NCBI GenBank assembly: GCA_973895155.1
Contig: OZ316891.1
Coordinates: 10,789,875-10,853,874 of the forward strand
Direction of reading: 5' to 3'
Length of the DNA stretch: 64,000 bases
Source of the DNA: Marsupella aquatica
Taxonomy: Eukaryota; Plantae; Marchantiophyta
Part shown: positions 37,494 to 47,226 of the stretch, piece after piece
How positions within the stretch are numbered: position 1 is the first letter of the stretch
How the letters are laid out: each line of letters starts with the position of its first letter
Program-made: the position numbers and the translations under genes
The notes under the pieces: generated by a model
Database searches by the model: none
Told to the model about the DNA's origin: nothing
The model's input: only the letters and a program-made list of their open reading frames with translations

Positions 37494-40400
37494 TGTTATG
37501 TCAGGCTTGTCCAACTGGATACCAATGTCCAATCATGATCAGTCCTAGTCACCAGCTAGTGGCCCTCTTTTTTTCTCCCCTTTTTTTCTGACGTGTTCAT
37601 GCTTTTTTCATAAAAAATTTAAGAACTGCTTGGTCCATTTTTACTGGATCTTGCATTTATTTTTGGAGGACCTCACACATTTTGGCTCAAGCATTGAAAC
37701 TCTAGTGTATGCAATAGATTCAGGTTTGCCATGGGTGAATGTTGACTATTTGTGCTTGGAGACTAGTCCTTGAAGTATCTTTACCACAATGTCAGACTCA
37801 TCTCTGTTCTTCCCGAGCCCCACTCAGCTACAATGTCCACTTCAATTCGTGATAGTGTTATCAACACTAATTGTGTAGTGCTAAATTTTTTCCGTCTCAC
37901 ATGAAATAGTGCAAGTCACATCAAGTTTGGTGTCACAATAATTGAGGTTCAAATGAATTCACACTTAGCTTTAGTCAAACTTATTCTAGTGCTCCTGTCA
38001 CAGTCTAATATCAAGCGCAAAGGGAGAATCACAACACACAATAGAGGGCCAAAAACTGAGAAACAGTGGCATTCAATAGCAACATAACTGGAGAACAAAC
38101 ATGGTTGCACAGTGACGTGGTTGGCTCTGGATCTTAGTCAAACATGTTTGGACTGTGATGTGCTTGGCTCTCGATCTTAGTCTCCAATGGACAGCATTAG
38201 GGAATGTGGACTGAGGCTCCAAGGGAAAGCATTTAGAAGCAGACTTTCAATAGGAAGTAAAACTTGTGAACACCAGAAGTTCAATAGAACTTAAAGACAG
38301 TCTAAGTATATGCTGATATGCGAAACCTCTAAAAGTTATAACGGGCTGTGGGCTATCTTTGAATACCAATATGACATGGGCGACTGAGCAGCTGACCCCC
38401 TAACTCCAAGTGCTCATCAACAAGTACTAGAGAGATGGCCAGCCAGCTTAACCTGAGGCCCAACTCGCATGCGAGAGGCCTTATGTTTTCCTGCCCTCAG
38501 CACACCCTCATTATTCGTTTGAAAACAGATCTAGTTTTCCAACACTATCTGCTCCCTGCAACTTATTTTCACTACATGTGTCCCATAGCTTGTGTTTTAT
38601 TCCAGTGTTTAAGTGTTTAAGGTCTGGACATGCAAGGGTAGGAAACTTTCCAGTTCTTGCCCTTGCTACCCCACAAGACCTGCTGTAAGGGCCCCTTAGG
38701 GCATGACATCATTTTTCATTGTCATGATGACATCTTGCACTTTGAGGTCCAAAAATTAGATTTGGCCTTTACTCATCACCTACCCACCCTTACTCATCAC
38801 CTACCCCATATGGTTGACAATGCACAGGAGAGAGCCAGAGCCCAGAGGATGCCCCCAGGGACAGGAGAGCCGCAGCTGAAAATGGGGAGAAAGTCAGCCA
38901 ATTTTAGGACCGAGCCTTGCATTACTCTAGTGACAGCAAGAAAAAAATATTTATTGCTACACAGGGAAGCAGGCCTATAAACATTTTTCAGTTAGTACTT
39001 GTCCGATGCCATAAATCAAGTCAACCATCTTTATGATTGCAATCTGTCAGGCTCCTGTGTAGTATCTTGCTGCCTGAAATTGTTACCTTTTTCATGGCTT
39101 TCAGTTTGTGTAAATAGTGTCACCTACCATGTAGTCTAGTGTGATTCCTAATAAAATAAAGGGTGCACGCAAAGTAGAGTGAGACACTAGTCTAGGTGTC
39201 ATTGCAGTGTACAGCGTACCCTCTTAGGTCAAAACATTTATGCATGCTCATTAAACAAAGCATCATAAACAGCATTCTAAACATTCACTAGAAATGTCAG
39301 CGTAGGATGCTTAGAATGTTTTCATCTTAATTTTTGCCATATCAATTATATAATGGTGTTCTTGTTAGCATTTGTTTTGAGAGACGTTACATTCCACGTC
39401 TCTGAATAACCTTGGCCACTCTGGCTGAATTTGCTTTCTTCCAGTAGCCAGTTTCCTAGTTGCGGCAAGCCATAAGCTTATCGTCCTTAAATCTAGGGAG
39501 ATCCTTTGCTGTCAAAATTTGAAAAGGAATATTCTTAGCATCTTCTCATTAACACAGAAGTCACCCACAAAAAAAAACACTTGAAAAGTAAACTCATCCT
39601 TATGAAGGATTTGAAAATCCATGAAAATATTTATCCAAGCATGCAATAAGTGTCTCTATGGGACTCACATTGCCATGAAGGCATTGGGAGGGACCAGTCT
39701 ATCATTTGATGTCTACCAGTATTGTCTCTATATGACGTGATAGTACCATGAAGGCACTACTGTAGGAGGGACGAGACTATTATTTGGTGTCCATGAGCAA
39801 CGTCTCTATCAGGGTGTTTAGGGTTTAAGTTTAGCATGAGTACTTTAAGTTTGTCTGTTGTTTTTTTGGGGTTTTGTGATGTTGTTTCTAGGGTACTAGG
39901 GTACATTAACATCTTAAGATGCATCCAAAGAGTTTTGTAGCCATATTTTTGTCATTTCAAGTATTTGGCTAAGATTTCTCAGTTGCTATGTAGCTTAGAC
40001 CTACTGACTACATAACTTAGAAAAAATGGATTCCCAATACTTTCCAATGACCTTCACGATTGAAACCAATCAGATAAAAGAGATTCAAGGGAATTAAACA
40101 AAAAAGACATAGAGATACTAAGGGAAACTTTTTTGCATGGAGAATTGTACCCTTGGTACTACCATGAAGGTACATTTGTCTTCAATAAAATTGTCCTAAC
40201 TACCTTTAGAACTCACTTCATTTAGAATCCTCCATTTAATCTTTGTACTCTGACTCTTCTATCTATTTCAATGTTCAACTCTTCATGGTTCCAAATAGTT
40301 TAATAAAACATGCTTAAATAATCAAGGCGTCCTTAACCTAACTTGAAATATGCTCACTTGGGCTTTAGTTCTTGGACTTCCATGGTTGTCTTTCAGTTTT

Positions 40401-40754
40401 TCTTGTTTATTGTGGTTTGTGCCTTTGGGATCCTGTTAGTATGCCATTGGGACCTTGTCTCCTAGTTAGGCAATTTTGCCTTTGGGCGTGGGTGACCAGA
40501 GGGGAACAATTTGGGTTAGGCTAAACCACCTGGATTGATGAAGAGCCAATGACATGCTACCATGGGGAGGTAAATGGGTTATGTACACCAGTATACTATT
40601 TAGGGGGTGATATAGTAAAAAAGTAGTGTGGGAGATAGCCTAGTAAAAAATTGATATATGTATAAAGGTCCTTCTGTTCTTTGACGGTCCCATATAAACC
40701 CAAAGTCGCACCAAATCAGCATAAGTACGGAAAGATCTAAAGTTTGGACCTATT

Positions 40755-40967
40755 CAAAAGTTGGTCATCGTGCAAAAAGTTATTTATTCACTTTATTGCC
40801 TATGCTTTCCATTGTAGCTTTGTTTTGGTCCCTTTTTAAAAATTGGTAATCTTGCAAAAAGTTATTTATTCACTTTATTGCCTATACTTTCCAAGTTTAC
40901 CTTTGTTTGGCCCCTTCTTTAAAAATCGGTCCTCTTGCCAAAAGTTATTTCTTCCACTTTATTGCCG
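40755..40967. repeat. Three ~82-bp tandem repeats upstream of beta-propeller gene 1
   Basis: AAAA.T.GGT..TC.TGC.AAAAGTTATTT.TTC.ACTTTATTGCC recurs three times. Confidence 0.8.
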
Positions 40968-41156
40968 ACATTTGCCAATGCGATGAAGCCCGCCCTGCAC
41001 TTCCTGGTGACTAGTCTCAGTGTCCAATTCCCATCTCACCTACCCTGGTGGAGCCTGTTTGTGAGGTGAGAAGCTGGTGAACCCTTTCATACCTCGACTT
41101 TGAAGAATCCCCACGAAACTCCAATTGAAGAGTTCGTTCGCTTCCGGCAATACACA

Positions 41157-42206
41157 ATGGGTCGTTCGCTTGATTCTCCCATCGTCGCCCTCTCAATCGT
41201 ATTCTTCTTCTGCCTCACCATCTCCACCTCCGTCACATCATTTCCCCAGGGAAAACCCCCCTCTCTCCCCCTCCCCACCCGCCTCATATACCAGTTCCCA
41301 AACGCAACATGGCTGGAGAACCTCGCTGTGCGCTCGAACGGCGAAGTACTCGTCACGTTGAATACAAGGCCCGAAGTCTACCTGATCAATACGATCCAGA
41401 GATCCGCAACATTCGTTTACTCATTCCCCGCTGCCTTGGGTCTGTTGGGTATAACTGAGGTTGAGCATGATATGTTCTACGTCGTGGTGGGAAATCTCAC
41501 CGGTCCCACGCGGCCCAGAAGTTTTTCGATATGGGAAGTTGACATGCGGTCTTTCTCTCTCTCAGGAGCGAGCGCCAGGAAAGTAACAGACACGCCAGAA
41601 GCAGTAGCTCCGAACGGACTCGTCACGTTGTCGAAAGCAGATCACACAATTCTAATCGCGGACTGCTTCCTCGGAGTAGTCTGGAAACTTAACGTGAAGA
41701 CTGGCGTCTATTTCATTACCATCTCGGACCCCACGATGGCACCGGTCGCCACTGCACAGCTCCAAATCGGCATTAACGGCGTGAAGATCCGGGACGACTA
41801 TCTGTATTTCACTAGCACCAACCAGGGATTATTTGCTCGCGTTCCAATCTCCGACTCAGGGAATGCCACTGGAGGAGTAGAGGTCCTTGCCACCGGGCTG
41901 ACACCAGATGATTTCGACCTGGATAGCTATAAAAGGCCGTGGATAGCGCAGAATGTAGCAAATGTAGTTAGTGTGCTGCTTGGGAATGGCACTGTCGTTA
42001 CTGTGGCCGGTGCAAAGGATCAGTTGACTGTTGCGGGGGCGACGAGTTGTTTGTTTGGGCGGCCTCGGGAAGGCGATTCGAACTACGAAGATACTTCGCA
42101 TCTGCTCTACTGCACCACGACAGGAGGGCTAGCAGGGCCGGTGAATGGGACAGTGATAGAGGGAGGGAAGCTCGTGGTAATTGACACGAAATCGTTTTGG
42201 CTATAG
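41157..42206 (+). CDS. Secreted six-bladed beta-propeller (SMP-30/gluconolactonase/strictosidine-synthase-like fold), fungal type, intronless, 349 aa
   Basis: ATG at 41157 then a hydrophobic signal peptide. Motifs QFPNATWLENLAVRSNG, PNGL, GINGVKIRDDYLYFT, PDDFDLD, GATSCLFGR, LYCTTTGG and GGKLVVID. Several N-glycosylation sequons. No introns. Confidence 0.85.
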   Translation: MGRSLDSPIVALSIVFFFCLTISTSVTSFPQGKPPSLPLPTRLIYQFPNATWLENLAVRSNGEVLVTLNTRPEVYLINTIQRSATFVYSFPAALGLLGITEVEHDMFYVVVGNLTGPTRPRSFSIWEVDMRSFSLSGASARKVTDTPEAVAPNGLVTLSKADHTILIADCFLGVVWKLNVKTGVYFITISDPTMAPVATAQLQIGINGVKIRDDYLYFTSTNQGLFARVPISDSGNATGGVEVLATGLTPDDFDLDSYKRPWIAQNVANVVSVLLGNGTVVTVAGAKDQLTVAGATSCLFGRPREGDSNYEDTSHLLYCTTTGGLAGPVNGTVIEGGKLVVIDTKSFWL

Positions 42207-43686
42207 TCTAGAGTCGGCGCCAGTTAACAGTTAAGGCCGCGGGCAGACCCGGCCTGAAGAAACTTACGACTCACTCGCTCACTCACTCAGTACTACTTCT
42301 TCGTATATGCGAGAGACGAAGCGGAAGAACGACTGAATTAACGATCGATCGAAGTAATACAGAGCTTTGAAAGCTTAATTTTACAATCACCGAAATGGGC
42401 GAGAGCGCTGCGGAGGCTGTCACCAAGGCCAGCCGCAACCTCGTCAAAGGAGATCGCCATGGAAACCACTTCGTATCGATGGCACGTCTATCACCACCAA
42501 CAGTCTCACTGTCAAAAGGCGGGGAGGGGGGGGTGGGTGGGGAGACAGATACGAATCACGAAAGGTATTGTCATCTGGTTTCACTTCAAGGTTTGACTGA
42601 CTCGTTTGTATCGTGAGATGGCGATATGCATTAATTGGACTTGACAATGTATGTCTCCCGATGGTCTCTACAACAAAGGAGTGGAACTGGAGAATTTGCA
42701 TGACTATCTTGTGGCAGCGTTGGCTTGTATATTCGTGGATCCGTTTCCGGTATCAAATTGGCACTCAAATTTTCACTTGCAGTAGACTGGTAGTGCAACT
42801 TACTTGCCAGGCAATGCAGTCGGAGAGCAAAAATAAAATTATGGATACTATTTCCTTTTCACATCAGAGACTACTTGTATTGTCGCCTATGTGTATTTGT
42901 GGAGAGATATGCTTACTAGTAGACCCCCTTATGGAAATGGAAAAAGTTTGTTTAATCAACCCCCTCTATACTTTTCTCCAATCTGGACAGTTGATGGACC
43001 TTTCAATCTCAGATCTGGACTGTTGATAGACCTCAGGGGGTCTATCAAGTAATAAGTTTCATTTTGGGGGTTGCCTATTTTATGGTTTCCTGTACTAGTA
43101 CTTCTGCTTTTGGTGTGTAAGAACTTGATGTGTTTTCCCCTAGGGATTTGCTGGATTAGACTCAAAATGAAACATGAAATGTGTCACTTGATAGGACCTC
43201 TCACTGATAGTTTGACCCTGAATCAATGTACCCACATTTACTTCAAGGGCCTATCAAGTAACACAATTCATTTTGGGATTCATTTTGGGGCCTGATCAAG
43301 CAAATCTCTCGTTTTCCGGGCACAAGACTCTTATTCATCAGTTATAACTTTTGTCTTAGTTGGTTCAAACTAATATGGCATAGATGATAAGGTATAATGT
43401 TTGTATGCAAGGTTCACAAATTGCTACAAGATCAGATGTGAATATGTAGCATATGGGCAATATTTTGGATGATTATGAGGTCACCATAAACATAAACATC
43501 AAATTAACAGATGTGAGTCCTTTTTTCACCCAGCTTTGCAAGTTCTAGTACATAATTATCTTTGGCTGGCATTGGAAAATGATCTACTTACACAGGTTTT
43601 GACGTGATCTCTCAATGGGCAATGCTTACCAATCTCTAAATGGAAAGATGACAGAAGCTGGAAAATGATCTGGCAGCCTCACTGTA

Positions 43687-45058
43687 CACTCTTTATAGTA
43701 TTTAGTGTCACGAAACAATTAGTGTCACACACTAATTAGGGGTAGCCCTTGATTTTCAGCCAAGTGACACTATTTACCGCCACCCTCAATTTTGAAAAAT
43801 AAATTAACATATTGAAAAGTATTGATAATTGGAGGTGACTATGTTATTGGTGGTAAACCTAAACTGGACCCACTCCAAAATTATCCAGACTACCAACAAC
43901 ATCTCTTTGTGTGTATGTTCTTAGAAAGCTTCTTTGTGTTTTAGCTTGTCAGTCTTCGTGAAAGGAGGTTGACAGATTGATACTTTGTGTGTATGTTCTT
44001 AGAAAGTTTCTTTGTGTTTTGACTTGTCAGTCTTTGTGAAAGGAGGTTGACAGACTGATAACATGGCGGGAATGGATTGGCCATCATACTGGATTTGCTA
44101 GAGCAAAGGAATTCAAAAAGAATCAAGACTATGTCAAAATTTCACTGGTAACTAATGTGCATCTCCTTTGGCTTATCCTAGCTTCACTTCAAAAAATGAA
44201 AACTGAAGACACAAAAAATGTGGGGACTGGGACACAGGGCACATCTGGGAAATTGATAAATCCACACAAACATTGTTTTTGACATTGGCAAGGGACTCTG
44301 TAGCTAAGGGGAACAGTTCTATTGACAGACATGGCATGTCTTATGCACAAAACTCAATGATAAAAGTTTGTCTCTAAATGTCAATGGTGTATAGTCTGAA
44401 AATCAACTTACACTTGAGCTTCAGAATAGCATAGCAAAGTATTGAGTGAATTTGAAAGTGAGTCAAGTTGACCTTGACATTGATGCTAGTGATGAAGTGG
44501 CTCCTGATGTTGGTGAACCAGGTGAAGAGCCAGCTCAACCCACTTCTCTTGGGGCTGTACGCCATCTTGCAAGGATGAGACACAAGAGACAGGTTATAAG
44601 AGAGTAAAAAGGATGTTAGTTTGTAGTTTATGTGATAGCATGTGTTATTCGTAGTTGATAGAAATGAATCAAACAAATATTGTTTGCTCAGTGTGATTGA
44701 ATACCCCAACTGTAATTTTGTGTTATGTGAGAAGGAGTTATAAATTTTTGAAGTTTGCTTAATGTTTGGGTAGTATATGGAAGGAGTTATAAGTTTCTGA
44801 AGTTTTCTCAATGTTTGAGTAGTAAATTTTGTAAATTTTAATTAAATATTGTGTATATTTTAAAGTTTTTTATAAGCAAATTTTAACTAGAATTTTCCAT
44901 TCTATTTTTTTTAACTTAAATGTATATGACACTATTTGACTTGTGACCAGAATTAGTGTCATACTATATTAGTGTCACACACTGCAATTATCGTCATTTA
45001 CCTCAAATATAATCTCACAATAATTAAGAGTGTGTGAGACTAAATACTATAAAGAGTG
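43687..45058. mobile_element. Non-autonomous Tc1/mariner (pogo-like) TIR element, copy 2
   Basis: Perfect TIR CACTCTTTATAGTATTTAGT / ACTAAATACTATAAAGAGTG with TA on both sides. Absent from the paralogous site near 61710. Internally homologous to 25677-26959. Confidence 0.85.
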
Positions 45059-46649
45059 TACATAGGTGCAAAAAGGAAACCGCAAAACATATGAAAAAGG
45101 TATTGCGACCTGCACAGCGAAGGGATACACTCTCAGCGAAGGGATACACTCTCTTGACCAGACCATGAAGCTAAAATGGTTCTGAAGTCTGAACTGTTGA
45201 AGCTTCTAATGTTGCGCCCTCTTCTCCCCTGCTGTCTTAGCGTTATTCTAGGAGTGGCTCGGTGGGCAGTTAATTGCCCCTTTCTTGCAATGATGGCATT
45301 CATGTCGCAGACGTTTACTTCGTGAGTGATGCACATTGAGTCACGTAGCGTAAATTTGATATTCTTTCTCCACCTTATTGCATTTTTGCATCACCCAAAA
45401 AACTTCTACACGGCATCAGATCCGATAAGGCTCCAGAAAAATCCTCTAAGTAAGTCCGGACTTCCGCTTTCCAATGGACACTATAACGGGCTCGATTCTG
45501 CAAAGGGCACCACCACAACAGACAAGTAGCTTTCTGGGGCCACCTGCCCACCACCTATCCGGTATGGATCTCCAAGGATGAATAGGAGTCTCTCAGACCA
45601 GCAATGAAAATACTTGACTTCTACTGTAGCTAAAGATATTCCTGACGAGCCCCTCACTTTTCCAGTATACTGATTGCCCCATTGCCCTTCACTTTTCAAG
45701 TATACTAAATGCCCCCCTTGTCCATGCAACCCTTTCTCATCATTTGTGTGATTATTTTTTCCATTTTTTAATTGTACATAATCTTACAACTATCTACGGT
45801 TAGTCGTACTCTGTAGAAGCAATTTTCAGCATTCTCTTGGTTAAAAATACATATGTAAAGTACGGGGTAAAGTATGTACAAAGTATTTAAGGCTTGTCAC
45901 TCCCATATTCATTTTTTTCATCTTTTGAAATACTGGTAAATACTACTTACGGTAAGTAATATTTACTCTCTTTAGTTACTGGCTCTCAATTTTTTGGAAG
46001 TACTCATATCTGAAAGTATTTCTCCAAAGCATAGTCTTAGTGAACCAATGGTTTTGGATGCTATTTTTTAATAGTTGTTTGTTGGAAATAAATAGTGTGG
46101 GCTTTCAACAATTCTTTGATGCTATTTTGCCAAATTTTCTTTTGGAAATATTTGGGTTTGACTTGAGCATTTCCTTGGTGTTATTTATGTGAAAGTTTTT
46201 TCATGTCACTTTGAGTTAACTTAGCTCAGACGTGGATTGAGATATGATTTTGATAGCTAATTTTGTGGTTGTTGCACCAACAACCACAAAATGTATGGGC
46301 CTCACAGCAATTTATGTGCAACACAGCTAATCTAGCCAAGTCTACCTTGGTTAGCCTAACTATGACTACAATAGTAACTCTAGACCTAGGATTAAATGCC
46401 TTACGTCACCAACAACAATATATGGCTACAACAACCACATGGCCCCACCAACAACATAGCGACAACTTTATTTGTGAAACCCCAAGCACTTGCTTGGGTA
46501 TTGGAACAACCGCATGGCTGCAACGACCACATCACCGTGACCAAGATCAAGACAACAACATGGATGGTTGCAATGACACATAACATGCCAGCCCTCAACA
46601 ACTTCCTTAAGTCATCTACAATTTCTCTGCATTGCCTACGTACATTCAT

Positions 46650-47226
46650 GGGGGTTTCACTTCCACAAAAATGGCACGTCACGTGCGACGAAAGATAAGG
46701 TCATTTTATTGGTTCAAAGGGAAGACTTAAAAATTCTCTTTGTATAACAATAGCGTCTTTTAAATCCAATTTTGAGACTAATAAGACCATTAGAGTCATT
46801 CTAACCAAATTTTATTCAAACTTTATAGGGGTTGAAAAATATTGTTTCCTTACAATTTAGGGGGTCCGAGGTCTAGTACAAACATTGCAGGCTAGGGGGT
46901 CTCACTATATGGGGACCTCCCCATCACCTGCGACGTTTGTAGGCCTCAGACCCCCTAAAATGTAAGAAAAGATAATTATTTTTTAACCCCTATAAAGTTA
47001 GAGTATTCTTGGAATATTTCCAAAAATTAGATTAAAAAGACCCTAATGTTCTTATAAGTCTGAAAATTGAATTAAAATTTTTTTATTGTTCTTCTACAAA
47101 AATTCTTAAGTCTTCCCTTAGAACCAATAAAACGATCATATCCTTTGTTGCACGTGATATGTCATTTTGTGGAAGTGAAACCCCCGAGATTGAAGGTGAT
47201 GGGGAGGCCTCCATATAGTGAGACCC
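46650..47226. mobile_element. Foldback structure: a MITE (46896-47226) plus an adjacent inverted copy of its interior (46650-46891)
   Basis: TIR GGGTCTCACTATATGG.GACCTCCCCATCACCT / AGGTGATGGGGAGGCCTCCATATAGTGAGACCC. Segment 46650-46891 is the diverged reverse complement of ~46927-47185. Confidence 0.7.

Larger units (their letters stand above)
41078..45600 (+). repeat. Segmental duplication unit A (beta-propeller gene plus 3' flank), paralogous to 59324-62420
   Basis: Colinear similarity from TGAACCCTTTCAT through the gene, the 3' flank and AGGTGCAAAA.GGAA.CCGC to GATGAAT..CTCAGAC. Confidence 0.85.

Noticed and set aside
41100-41156. N-terminal 19 residues of the 368-aa ORF call
   Set aside because: They begin at TTG and are not frame-conserved in copy 2. 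ATG 41157 directly precedes the signal peptide.
44374-44811. 145-aa minus-strand ORF similar to 26279-26548
   Set aside because: It is antisense to the transposase remnant in two copies of the same element.
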